A DNA stretch of 61,438 nt, filler included, from Choristocarpus tenellus KU-1152 (lineage: Eukaryota > Protista > Phaeophyceae), in the NCBI GenBank assembly GCA_964200185.2. It is 10 parts of 10 records of this genome, joined end to end, with 100 filler letters (N's around TTAATTAATTAA, not from the genome) between each part and the next. Parts side by side here need not be neighbours in the genome. Positions count along the whole stretch, not along the records: positions 1 to 14,752 come from CAXNAD020001120.1; positions 14,853 to 21,571 come from CAXNAD020007488.1; positions 21,672 to 24,958 come from CAXNAD020021029.1; 7 more parts are not named here. One strand, given 5' to 3'. Under the pieces are notes generated by a model, which saw nothing but the letters and a program-made list of their open reading frames with translations, was not told the origin of the DNA and did no database searches. How positions within the stretch are numbered: the first letter of the stretch is position 1; each line of letters opens with the position of its first letter. The position numbers and the translations under genes are program-made. Below, piece by piece: positions 13,153 to 24,958 of this stretch.

Positions 13153-13928
13153 TGGAGGTCCTACCTTCAAACGGGAGAGACTACTCAGTATTCACCTCAA
13201 CACTTAGGATTCTTGGTAGCTCCCTACGATAGCCTGGATTTCTTTTTTTTCACCTGGTTCGGTGGTCTCCTTGAGTGGTTCTGGATCACCTTCGTTGTCT
13301 ACGGGACTTCCTTCTGCTTGGCCTCGTCGCCTCCGTGGGTGTGATGGCATCTGTGACTCCGAGGGAACCATCATCCTTCTATAAGTTGTACAACGAGTGG
13401 TCTCTGACCGCCACATCATTCACCTATAGTCGTAAACGAGTGGTTTCTGACCACCACGGCATAGACGTTGCCTAGGTAGTTCTTCCTCGCCATTCGTACA
13501 CTCACATTCCCGATCTGTTTTTCGTGTGTCACGGTGTTCTCTTACTTCACAGATTCCGCTGGGGATCAGGAAGTTGGAGAGGTTCCAGCCCAGGACCAGA
13601 CTTTGCTAATTCCTGTAACAGTCGTGACGGCTCAACGTGTTTATGCATCACATCCATGCATCAATAACTCAACCCCTTTCCACAGTCTCAAAAGAAACGA
13701 GGAGATATGTTGACAATTGTTGGAATCCACGGGTTTAGTTGGAACTGGAGTTCCCATGTTGGAAACAACTGGCAGAGTCGGAACAGAGTCGGAACTGGAG
13801 CCCCTACGTCGCCATGTGGCAATTAATACATGCTGCCGCAGCACGATTCGAGGTGATAGATGTTACTTATTGTCCTGACCTGTGATAATCGCCTGTGGTA
13901 AGCGTGAAGCATGTATTCCTAATTCACG

Positions 13929-14400
13929 CTGGGGGGCATGTTACAGGCGAATAGTATGTCTGCCTTTTCGCTTTCCAACCAGTGTGAGTAGCCTTGTTAT
14001 GGCATTTAGTATCTTATGTGATTTTTAGACATTTTTGTTTGCATTTGAGACATGATTCTTGTCTTCTATTGTTTGTGTTTATAGTTCTGAAGGGGGAAGA
14101 GTCGATGACAACACCCTATTTCAGTACTGTTGTGATTTTGCATCCATATTCATTTGTATTGATATCTGTGAGGAGGGAGAGTCATACTATGACACTCCCT
14201 ATTTTTCTGAGTCTTTGTGTTTTATGTTCTTTGTTCATGGGTAGAGCAAGCCTTTATTTGACAGCACCTTGTTTTTGTTTGTGACTGATGTAATGTAAAT
14301 TCAGTGCTCTTTCATGTGATACTCAACGAAAAAAGTCCACGCTCTGTGGAGAGGCTTGTTACCTTGGCTGGCAAGGGTTTCCGCGGATGGTTTTAACTCA
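13929..14400 (+). mobile_element. G-rich polypurine-like tract followed by a divergent LTR-like sequence
   Basis: ctggggggca|TGTTACAGGCGA at 13939. The same start motif occurs at ~37653 and ~57473. Only patchy similarity to the 12839 LTR; right end approximate. Confidence 0.5.
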
Positions 14401-14752
14401 GATTATATTACATCCATGAGTGTGTTTGATACACAGGTTGCAGGTTGGCGTTGATGCAATTGGAGGGATCAACGGCAGTCACGAAAGAAAAATAATCAAC
14501 AATCAATGTACAACTGTCATCTTCTGCTGATAAGAAAGAGAAAGATAAACAAACAAGGGAACAACAGAACAAAATTGAAACAATATGTGATGCAACTCAA
14601 GTGACGTACACTATAATATAATATACTATTTGTGTGGAACGCAGAGCGACTGTTCTGTACTACGGTGTTCTGATTGTAGTTGGTATGGTGATGACGAACT
14701 AGTGAAAGTAACGTCCAGAACGTAACAGACCAATCAACAGTCAGTGTTGACT

Positions 14753-14852
14753 NNNNNNNNNNNNNNNNNNNNNNNNNNNNNNNNNNNNNNNNNNNNTTAA
14801 TTAATTAANNNNNNNNNNNNNNNNNNNNNNNNNNNNNNNNNNNNNNNNNNNN
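14753..14852. other. Artificial contig spacer (first of nine: 14753-14852, 21572-21671, 24959-25058, 32178-32277, 37997-38096, 41971-42070, 48323-48422, 54726-54825, 57546-57645)
   Basis: Identical 100-bp N44-TTAATTAATTAA-N44 six-frame-stop linkers. Confidence 0.99.
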
Positions 14853-16745
14853 AGAAACAGCGTAAAGTTTTGTTTTTGGTTCAGTTGGGGGAGCGGGGGG
14901 TATTATGCTTTTTATCTCTATTATTATTATTATTATTATTGCTTTGTTATTATGCTTTGTGGCGCCACAGCACAATCCATAAATGAATTGGTGCTCCTTT
15001 GTACCTGTTTATCTATGTTTGTAGAGACACACTCGAGTTTTTTTTATCGCAACCACTGTTCTCTTTAGTGCATGTTACTACTGTACCTCTTTTAAGCATA
15101 CCCTTTTTTATTATCTCGTGATAATGTAGCGCGTCTTACCATTCTATTCACTCGGTTCAGCAAAGAGGACTATTCGTCTTAAGTGTTGCTTTTCATACAT
15201 TTCTCCTGCCCCTACAATCTTACTATTATTTTAAATTGTTTTATTTTATTTTATTTTTAAAATACAGAACGAAATTTCTGCTCAAAATCTGGCCCCTATC
15301 TTATCGATCTGTTCCTCTGTGCACACATACATCTGTAAACTATCAGAGGGGGAGAGCGTCCTCTGTTCTCTCGCCTGGAGAGCATTGACAGGTTGCGACT
15401 GGGTCCTCTGTTCTGGCCTTGCTCTGAGATGGTGGTTGGCGTTGCTGTGAAGTGACACAATCCTGACAACAGTGGAGCACGCATGGTGGCTCTCTCATCT
15501 CAGATCGTTTTTATTTTTCCTTCTCCTTAAAGAAAGGGGATCCTGTGCAATGTTTTTGAGTTTTTTTTCTATATTGACTGAGAATGTATTTTGAATAATA
15601 AAGTGTACTGTACTCTTGAGTACTTGCATATTTATTCATTTTTGGCATGATCGCACCACTAGGTTTTGTTTTGGTGTTCTTTTTATTCTTCTTACTCTTT
15701 TGTTTTTAGTAGATGGATGGAAGTGTATGATTGAGCAGGGTACAAGAGTGGGTGCATGCAAAACACCCACAGAACATTTAGCCACAGAGCATCAGCTATG
15801 TTAGAACATCGGTGATTCCACTGTATGAATAGTTCATAGAACCCAACAAACAGGGATCGAACAATAGTAAATAAATGACTCAACGTCAGTTGTGGATACG
15901 GAGTCATAAGTGGACAAGAACGTTTGTGCAGAAGACCATCAAGTGTTCTGCTTCACCAAAGGAGATTTCGTTCCAACAGACACCAACTCGGGTCTCTTGT
16001 TTTCCATCCTTCCACTGTCAATTTCGCTAGGTTTGTGACAAACAGGTCCGCCCATATGGCCTCTGTTCTATCACCCTTGTGTACACGATATGTTGGCTGG
16101 ATATTTCACTCTTACAGAGTCACATTGATCAGATGGTTGTAGAAATCCTTACTCAAGGATCTTGGCTCTCCACAGAGAATCATTGTTCGCCCTTGCTCGA
16201 GGGACACCCAACAGCTGATCACCAAGATTGAGGATGGAGCATTTTATGGAGGATGAGTTTGACCGAAAATGGTGTGCGGAAAGTGCCCATATGTTTTTTT
16301 TTGTAAATGTTGCGGCACTTTTGAAGGGCCCCACTACGAATTGGGAATCCATCCCGAAGGTGGTAGTAGGACAGTGTGTAGGGGGCGGCAATGATTTCGT
16401 TTGATCGTCGTGTACATGATTTCGTTGAATGCTATAAGCGTGGCGGTGCAGTGGGTGAACGGGGCAAGGGGTAGGTGGGAAGTGGTCGCGGGACACACAC
16501 GGCAGGCATTAGTGAGCACATGTTGCTGCTGACAGAAAGACCACGAGGGATAAAAACGATCAACGAAAAGATCTATAACGGGCTGACTGACGATGAACCA
16601 AACAAAGGAAACACGGCAACAACTTGGTAGATCAGAAGAGTCATCAGGCAGTCATGGAACAACGACAACCCTCAACTTACTTAGTTGCTTAGTTGATCAG
16701 AAGAGTCAGGCGATCATGGAACAACGACAACACTCCATCTCCCAC

Positions 16746-17097
16746 CGTTGGCAATTAGCTTCTCTTCTGCTTGGTTGAACTCCATGTAGACCAGCATCAT
16801 GAAAGCACGTTCGGGATCAAGCTCTCTCTTCAACACCGTTATTCTATGGTTTCCGTCCAGTGTTCGTCCCTGAACGGCAAGTGCAGTGTCGGCGGTGAGC
16901 TGGTCCCCGTTGCCTAAGCAGTCTCGTTGGATGATAATGGACGGAGCAAACTGCTCCCGCCAGCCTTTTTCACAGATAGACTTGCTGACGAGCGCAAGTC
17001 CACGCTCGCTCAGGGGATGCACCATTTCCGTGCACGTGATGTTGCCGAGTTTCATCTTGTACATGCCGAGGTAGTGATGTTTGAGGAGCGAGGACAT
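16746..17097 (-). CDS. ParB/Sulfiredoxin-like domain exon, probably TE-borne; possible exon 2 starting at 16431
   Basis: MSSLLKHHYLG...VHPLSERGLALVSKSICEKGW...PSIII...RTLDGNHRITVLK...LIAN, i.e. a ParB-like 'SI..G' helix plus DGNHR motif. Donor G|GTGGGA at 16746/16745. Acceptor TTATAG| at 16432/16431 gives in-frame ...ANAFNEIMYTTIKRN. Confidence 0.7.
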
Positions 17098-17639
17098 GCC
17101 CTCGGCATTGCTGTCCGACGCTCTCGATCCGTGGGCAGCGCCATCGACGCGCAGGGGGGTCGTTGTTTGAGCGAATGTTGGACATGGCGAAGGTTGGGAA
17201 GGTGTGACGGGGATAGATAAGAAAGAGCTGCTGGTGGTATGTGCGGAAGGGAAGGAATGGAAATGAGGAGTGAGGGCTGGGAGGTGCTGCTTTATTTCAT
17301 CTAGTCGGTCGATACCCAAAGAACCCAAATTTCTCTTTCCGTTGATAATCTAAAAAATACGAATATCGACCAGTATACGATTTCATATTTAAAACAGATA
17401 GTATAATTTTTTTGTGACCTTTTCGTTTCAGAACATTTCAAATGTATTAGATCAACGAAGTATGTGGTTTGTATTTGTATTTGTTGATATTAAGAATAGA
17501 ATATTATTTTTATTTCATTAAAACCCTAATGCACGTGTTTTGCGGTTCATGGATTTCGGGTGGTCTGACGGATCGCCCGAAACTCAAAGTTCGCTTTTTG
17601 TCGACATTTGTATTTTTTGGGAATCATCTCTAAGATCAG

Positions 17640-17952
17640 ACCAATCTTGATTTTTTTGGAAAGGTTGTTTATCGAGTTAATCGATGATCAGCATATCGAA
17701 TGAAAGCTCTTGATCTAAGCTATCGATTTCCGCAAAGAAAATCGTAGGCAAAATTATTTTGGTAATATTAAATTTAACCGATTTTTTTCGGCACAACCTT
17801 CAAAATATTTCGGAATAAAGTATCACGACCAAAATATATTTCTCCCCAAGAATTTCCTTGTGGAAACGATAGCTTAGATCAAGAGCTTTCATTCCATATT
17901 CGAAACGTCGATTAACTCGTTGGGCAACCTTTTCAAAAAGATCAAGATTGGT
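17640..17952. repeat. Long inverted repeat (~100-bp arms, ~105-bp spacer)
   Basis: accaatcttgat...gaatgaaagctcttgatctaagctatcg (17640-17725) is the reverse complement of cgatagcttagatcaagagctttcattc...atcaagattggt (17867-17952). Confidence 0.88.
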
Positions 17953-18074
17953 AACCGCCGAAACGGTACGTGGACGACGAGCCTCGGCTTAATTAATACT
18001 GTTACAGAACAGTGTGACGCCCGCTGAGCTCCGAGTTGTCACTTGCCTGCCTCTCACAGGACACTGTAATGCCC

Positions 18075-19378
18075 AATGAGCTCCGAGTTGTCACCTGACG
18101 ATGGTTTCCTGTGCGCGACGGAACAGGTCGAGGAGGCTTGTAGGATCTGGAGGGAGCGCTGTGACGTTGATGCAGTAAGGGCAGCATGTGGAGAGCTCAC
18201 GGGTAGGAGGCCGGAGAAGTATTGAGACCTCAACATGATATACAACGACAAGGACGGTGTGTACTGGCTTTACTACTTGCTCGAATATGGTAAGAATCAA
18301 GAAGGATACTGGAATGCCGAGAAGATGTTGGACCACACTTCAGATGTATTGGATTTGCTTGAAGTGATCCTAGAGAAGAAGTACAGGCCGGTGTTCTTCT
18401 TGCCACAACTGTCTCGAAGAAGGTACAGCATCAGTCTCCAGCTTGAATGTTTGAGTAGGCGGCCAGAGGAAGGGGGTGAAGTTGTCGCCACTCCTACGCA
18501 CTAGGCTGTTGGCAGATACACTTCGCATGAGAATTGGTGATATTCAGACACTCACGTTTGCTCAGATTGATCCACCTCCATTCGACCAGTCCAACATACC
18601 TCCCCGGGAGTATGTTGGACAGGTTAATAGGATGAGACAGATTTGGCAAATAAGAGAGAGGTTTGTCTTTCCCAGGGATGACTAAGGACGGGGTCAAGGA
18701 CAGGAATAAGAGCATGAGCATGGTGTACGTTCTTGGGGAGCAGCCGGATTTCAAGGTGATAGAACCGAGTCTTAAGAGATTCTGGTTGAGTGTCTTGGAG
18801 GACACTGCTTGATGTTTCCGAAGTACCACTGTGAATTGAACGCGATAGAGATGGTCTGGGGGCAGGCAAAGCAATATGTGCGAGGCCACTGTGACTACAC
18901 GTTGCCTGGAATGAGAGCCAACATTCCTGTCAGTCTTAAGGAGTAAAGGGGACTATCCAGAGTAATTGTGGGGAGGTTCTTCAGGATGGGTATTGCTTAC
19001 CACCTGATATATTCCAACAATAAAGGCATGGAGTGCACCAAATTGGACAGTGTGTACAAGACATTTAAGTCTCACAGGAGACCTGCACCTGAGTGAAAGT
19101 ATCTTGAAGGGTACGAATTTTGCCCTGTATGTCTATTTGGGGCTTGGCTTCCAATTTTATTTTTTAAGGACAATTTACCTACTCTGAAATGTTTTTGGAG
19201 TCGGTAAAATGTATACGTTATGAAAGGTATGTCTGGAATAAGGATATTGATACTTCCTAACTAACAATCACGATACCCCAAATTATATCAAAATCGCAAC
19301 ATTGGATTTTGGCCCCCAAACGGACGCGGCTCTACCCTCTAAGATATTTCGACTCACCTTCAGAATACCTCATTTGAC
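18075..19378 (+). pseudogene. IS630-Tc1-mariner superfamily DDE transposase pseudogene (C-terminal two-thirds)
   Basis: LEYGKNQEGYWNAEKM, GEQPDFK, LMFPKYHCELNAIEMVWGQAKQYVRGHCDY and FKSHRRPAP|SEYLI*. Contains stops and frameshifts, with MITE A inserted near the C-terminus. Confidence 0.85.
19091..19355. mobile_element. MITE family A, 4-bp TSD ACCT
   Basis: acct|GAGtgaaagtatct ... agatatttcgaCTC|acct. Confidence 0.92.
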
Positions 19379-20109
19379 TTGCCGTTGATTGTCTGGTTCA
19401 GAGGCCCAGGCCCCCATGAGTGAGCCTTAGTCAGCAGGTGACAACATCGCATAAACGGGAAATAATGGAAAGAGAATGGAGAGAGACCACAACGCGCATG
19501 TTCTCTGGGTGAAGATGGCCTCTTCTAGCGTCAAAATCGTCCTAAAATGCACGGGCGCGCGCCGCGTGGCACCCCGTGCAAAATGCCGCGCGGACTGCTC
19601 GATTTAAGTATGGTCCTGTGTTTCTCACGATCACTGCAAGTTGTCCAACCGAGACCCATCAAATAATTTTAATCATGATTATGCGATTACAATAAACTGA
19701 TTATCATGAAAAAATGGTTGTTGATCAAGAGTTATTATGGCATGACGAAGTTGATGCAGGAGGTGACTGTCAACACTGTAACCATTCTACAAAACCAGAC
19801 ACACTGATAAGATCCGAATTTGACCAAACAGTCAGAAGGATTGTCGGAACAAAGATACATTCCGATTCTGACCGATCTATTCCTCTGCTGTGACGTCGCT
19901 CAGTCATTCTGTGACATCTGTTGTGTATTAAGGTTTTTGTTCTGTTCTTGATTTCCTCAATTGACTTTGAGATGTGGGGCCAAGAACTGCGAAACTTGGC
20001 CCGAGCCCTCTGAGGTGGAAGAGTTCAGTCTGGTGATTGTGATTGCCCCCCTTTGCAGAGAGCTTTGGCGCGTTGACACTTCCCACATATCGTACATCAT
20101 TTTGTTGAA

Positions 20110-20375
20110 GAGCCAAAGCATCTTAGGGGGTAGAGCCGCGTCCATTTGGGGCCAAAATCCAATGTTGCGATTTCATTATAATTTTGGCTATCGTGTTTGT
20201 TAGGAAGCGTCAATATCCTTGTTCCAGACACACCTTTTCATATCATATATATATATATATATTTACCTACTCCGAAATGTCTTGGAGTAGGAAAATGTCA
20301 TAAAAACTCTAAGGGACGCCAAGCCCCAAATGGACAAACAGGGCAAAACTCGTACCCTCTAAGATACTTTCACTC
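20110..20375. mobile_element. MITE family A, 4-bp TSD TGAA
   Basis: tgaa|GAGccaaagcatct ... agatactttcaCTC|tgaa. Confidence 0.92.
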
Positions 20376-21505
20376 TGAAGTGCTTGAATAAACTTACATC
20401 GCGTACTTGTAAATCGTTGTGCGATTTTCGAAAGCATTGCCTACATTTATTTTTTTCGTCCAGAGCAGTTGTTGGAGTTCTCCTCCTTGCCTTGGTTGCT
20501 TTGGCTCTTAGACAAGCATTCCGTTAGTCTTTGGTCTTATATCGTGAGGTGTAGATCAGAGACAGAGAAAGACCACATTTTGAGTCAAAGCGATTGAGAT
20601 GTACCCAGGGTTACAATTCAAAAAAGGATGCTGACACAATGTCCAAATTTCGACTTTTTGTGCAAATGCGTTCAGGAACTCTTGGAACCCTCTCGAAAAT
20701 TCCCAAACAAGATAGAAACCAACACTCTCAAGTCCATCGTAGGACACTTCATCCATATAAATAATATAAACAATATAAATAAGGGTGACCTCCAAGAGAT
20801 GCAAAAAGTAGGAGTAATTGCAAACCCAGCCAAAACCTGGGCGTCCCTCGATTACTTTTGCTCAACTCGTATTTTCTTCCTCTGTGTGTGTGTGTGTGTG
20901 TGTTTGTCTGTCTGTCTCACCTTGGTTTTGACGGGGTTTTTTTTTTTTTTGTCAGGCACTCTTGAAAAGTAGTGTTGCTGGCGCTATGAATGCGACAGTT
21001 TCATGCTATTTTGCCGAAGCAGGTCGTCTTGCCCCTATGTGGTCTGTCGAGGGATGGTGTAGTCCGCTTGTATTACGATCAACATTGTAGGTGAACGCGT
21101 ACATGGTATATATATATATATATACCCCATCGCATACCTGTCTGCTTAGTTTGACTACAAGCCGGAGTAAATGAGAGGTATTCAGGATTTTGTCCGTTTT
21201 TTGTTTTTACCTTTTTTTTTTCTTCCAATCTTTTGAAAATTCACCCCTAACCCTAACCCTTTTTTTTCTACCGAGGAAGTGTTGGTGTTTGTTTCCTTGA
21301 GAGCGTTGGTTTGTTGCTTTGGAAAGTTTTGAACATAATTTATTAGAAAGATTCCTGTGCACATTTTTGAGCAAGGAGACAGGTTTTCGCACCTGTTTGT
21401 GAGCATCCTTAAAATGCTACCCCTGAGTGAGTACCTCTGGTTTAGTTTGTTGACTCACCACCTTCTCTCCTTCTACACACTGCTACAACAATGTTCTGAG
21501 CATAT

Positions 21506-21571
21506 GGCTCGAAGTATCATTGGGGGGGGGGGGGTCTACACCAGGGTGTCCATTCGGACCCTGACCAGGAG
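21506..21571. mobile_element. MITE family B end, truncated by contig end
   Basis: ggctcgaagtatc-polyG-tctacaccagggtgtccatt matches the left end of the 24168 and 33386 copies. Confidence 0.7.
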
Positions 21572-21799
21572 NNNNNNNNNNNNNNNNNNNNNNNNNNNNN
21601 NNNNNNNNNNNNNNNTTAATTAATTAANNNNNNNNNNNNNNNNNNNNNNNNNNNNNNNNNNNNNNNNNNNNATGCGTTGGGTCTTCACATGCATCCACTT
21701 GTAATCATTTTAGTTTTGTTTTGCTCAAGAAGTCTGGATTATTATTATTTTATTCTCTGCTTGCTTTCTACCAATCCCTTCCTCCCCATTATACCACCA

Positions 21800-22020
21800 C
21801 TTGTGATCAACCAGTGCGACCTCTTCAAACACTGATTTCCAGTCACCCCCCCCATGCGATGACCAACCAATGCAAAATCCTTTCGCCATAGATTTCCAGC
21901 CACCCCCCACCTCTGATAACTAACTGCTAACCCTCTTTGCCACTGATTTCCGATCACCCCCCATATCCGATGACCAACCAGTGTGACCCCTTCGCCACTG
22001 ATTTACAGTCACCACCCCAC
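21800..22020. repeat. About 4 degenerate ~55-65-bp tandem units
   Basis: Recurrent (gaccaacca.tg)...cact/atagatttccag(t/c)cacccccc. Confidence 0.55.
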
Positions 22021-22410
22021 CCTTCAACCCCACTCTACCCCGCGCCACTTACCACTCCATCACACCATTCATACCACTCAACCCCTCAACACTTTCCCCC
22101 ACTTTCCACTCTCCCACACCACTCAACACCACTCCACAATCATCCAAGAACACCTCTTCACACCATCATCACCATCCACTTCTTACCGTGCTTTTGAACT
22201 AGAAGACATCTACCCCGCCGCCCAAACTTGACCTCCCTCCCCTTTTCCCAGCATCCCAATCGGTTGTGAGCAAGCGAAAGGGTGGATGGACGGGGGAGCT
22301 TGCTCAGAGGTTGTCTTGTTCTAGCCCTGCTCGCCCTGTACCACTAGCCCTAGGTTCTAGGTTTTAAGTATAAATGAAGATCAGTTTTAACCCAGTCGGC
22401 CACATGTCAT

Positions 22411-22875
22411 CTAGTTTTCATCAAGGGTCAGTTCCAGCCCAGCCAGCCATATAACTTTATCCACAGCCTGGTTGAAGTATCTTCGGAACGCCAGCTCCTG
22501 CTGCTCAGCCGGCCAAATCACCTTTTCTACCCTCTGGTTGAACTTACATCCAAATATTAAGTCCTGCAGCCCAGTCGACCACACAATCCTACATGCCTCC
22601 TGATCGAACTGTTCTCCAAAGGTCAGGTGCTGCAGCCCATTCAGCCACAGCACCTCGTCCATCGCCTTGTTGAAATCTGAAATCGATTCTAAGGTCAGCT
22701 TATGCAACCCAGCCGCCCACACGAGGTATCTACTTCCTGGTTGAACTCTCTTGCAAAGGTCAGCTGCTGCAGTCGAGCCGACTACACCACCCCATCCATC
22801 ACTTGGTTGAAATCTCCTCTAGGGGTCAGTCCCTGCAGTCCAATCAGCCACGCCACTACATCTATCGCCTCCAAA
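22411..22875 (-). pseudogene. FNIP/IP22-type 22-aa repeat array, decayed
   Basis: About 7 units of FNQxxxxVxWxxGLQxLTFG (e.g. FNQRVEKVIWPAEQQELAF, LQHLTFGEQFDQ), with one internal stop and one frameshift near 22720. Confidence 0.82.
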
Positions 22876-23784
22876 TCTGTTGGTTGACTATTTCACCAGC
22901 CCAATAACGGTCCCATATCCACAATATACCAACAGTGACTCGAGCAACAGCGTTTGGAAATATTCGACGTAAGTCTCGACCCATTTCTTGGATTGACCCA
23001 AAACTGGTGTTATACCGTTTCACCTACCCAATAACAGCCCCATATTCATAATGTGCCAATGGTGACTTGAGCGTCCAATTTGGGTGCTGTGAATTGAAGA
23101 ACACCTTGTCAAAATTATCGTGGGGATGAGAAAGTCGTTTTGCCGAGTAACTTAATCCTGCTTGGATTTAGGTGAGTGCACCCCGTGATTTAACACCCCT
23201 TGACACCGGTCAGTGTTTCATGAGCATCCACTTATCTTAAGTGGTTGACTCACAAGCTCCAAACCACGCAAATTACGCAACACATTGCTTCGTTATCACA
23301 CAAGCAGGGTGGACTACACTGAACGCCACAGCGCCACATCTAATGTCTTGTTTGTTATATTCCATAATTCTACTGCAATATACCATGACACCATGTCCTG
23401 TTCACATCGTCTCTTACTCACAGAAACAACCCACGAGCAATCTAACCTCCTTTACCCTCTTTATGTGGATACATATTGTGCATATGTGCATATCTACTTG
23501 TGCATTCTTGTGATGAGTTGTGCATTTTTTTCAATGTTCTCTCACAACCTTGATTTTTTCCTAGCTATCCTTGTAGTCAATGTAGTTGAATTCTCCTTCA
23601 AATGTCAGCTGTTTCAGGCCAGCATCCAAATAGCTTTATCCTTTGCCTGATCTAAAGGTTCACCAATGGACAGCTGCTACAACCCAGCCGATCACACCTC
23701 TACGAGTTGACTGGATTTTGCCCAAATATCAGCTGTTTAACTCCTTCGTCTATAGTACCCTATCCACCACCTCGTCGAAGGAAT

Positions 23785-24061
23785 TGTCACAGGCGATATG
23801 TCTTCATGGCGGTTTCATAAACGCCATTATGACATTGAAGTTCTAGATTTGATATATGGTCATTATGGTCCCCGATTGTGATAAGACATCGTTGATCAGT
23901 TGTCTTTTATACCATGATATCGATGATAATACAAGTGAGAGATCCAGCATACTTGACGACATGTGCATCAAGAGTCCTATGCGTGCATCAGTATCATCTA
24001 TAGGCCCGTAGATTGGAACTATACATCCTGTGGAGGTAATCTTTCGGGGGCGCCTGTAACA
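23785..24061 (+). mobile_element. Solo LTR with 4-bp TSD GAAT (Gypsy-like)
   Basis: gaat|TGTCACAGGCG...CGCCTGTAACA|gaat; homologous to 12839-13152. Confidence 0.9.
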
Positions 24062-24167
24062 GAATTGCCGAAGCCCAATGTGTTTAATGTTGCTTGCCAC
24101 CTCACATTTTAAAATATGTCTAGGAATGGTTCCAACCTCCCTAGTTCCCACACTAGTTCTCAGAAGT

Positions 24168-24351
24168 GACACAAAGTATCTGGTGGAGGGGGGGGGCTCT
24201 ACGCCAGGGTGTCCATCTGGTCCAAAACCATAAAAAGTGCACTTACATTATCCATCCGACGTATGCAACCAAATCACCCGAAATCGCGATATGAAAAAAT
24301 TGGCCCCAAATGGACAGCCGTCACCCCCACCCCCCCCAGGTACTTTGGCTC
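24168..24351. mobile_element. MITE family B, 4-bp TSD AAGT
   Basis: aagt|gacacAAAGTATCTgg ... ccaggtactttggctc|aagt. Confidence 0.9.
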
Positions 24352-24669
24352 AAGTGCGGATTCGGCACGCACAAAGTGCAACCAACCATCCTCAATATTG
24401 AGATTTTCAAGTGGAACTGCTTTACTGCGGTATTCCACCCATGCAGCTAATCACATCAATGGCATCTTGCAAAGTTTTCCAGTGCCAACCCCGACAGAGC
24501 CTACCGCTATACCAACTACTCTAACAACCTGATCTTCATACACGCTTGTTGACCTAGTTCAGTGTAATGATTTTGGAAGTCGTGGCAAAAGCGTGAAGGA
24601 TTATGATACTCCATATATACATCCAAAACAAATATTATTTCATACTGAAGTCATCTTCGTATGGGGCAT

Positions 24670-24885
24670 TGTTAAAACATAGGGTGCTCATTCGATTTGC
24701 TTTTGATACGACACAGCATTGTCAGTCCATACTGAACGTTGATTTGTCCATTGTAATGGTCACTATTCCCATTTACACCATTCGCTCTTTAGCACATCAT
24801 CACAACTCACTAAGAAGTTGTATGGCAGTAGTTACGTTAGATATGGATCCAAGCTTGGCTTCTTCTTTCTTCCTGTGCTACTTCT
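24670..24885. repeat. Dispersed repeat also at ~4930-5210 and ~10975-11095
   Basis: Shared ttgatacga...tcagtccatactgaa.gttgatttgtccattg.aa.ggtcactatt...catcatcacaac. Confidence 0.75.
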
Positions 24886-24958
24886 GAGTGAAAGTATCTT
24901 AGAGGGTACGAGTTTTGCCCTTTTTGTCCATTTGGGGCTTGGCTTCCCATGTTTTTTT
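24886..24958. mobile_element. MITE family A end, truncated by contig end
   Basis: GAGtgaaagtatcttagagggtacgagttttgccct...catttggggcttgg. Confidence 0.85.

Noticed and set aside
14797-14808. TTAATTAATTAA palindrome repeated nine times
   Set aside because: Artificial six-frame stop linker inside the N spacers; not biological.
18075-19610. Possible Fanzor/TnpB cargo beside the Tc1-like transposase
   Set aside because: I could not find RuvC motifs or a CxxC...RD.NA zinc-ribbon end on either strand of this contig by eye.
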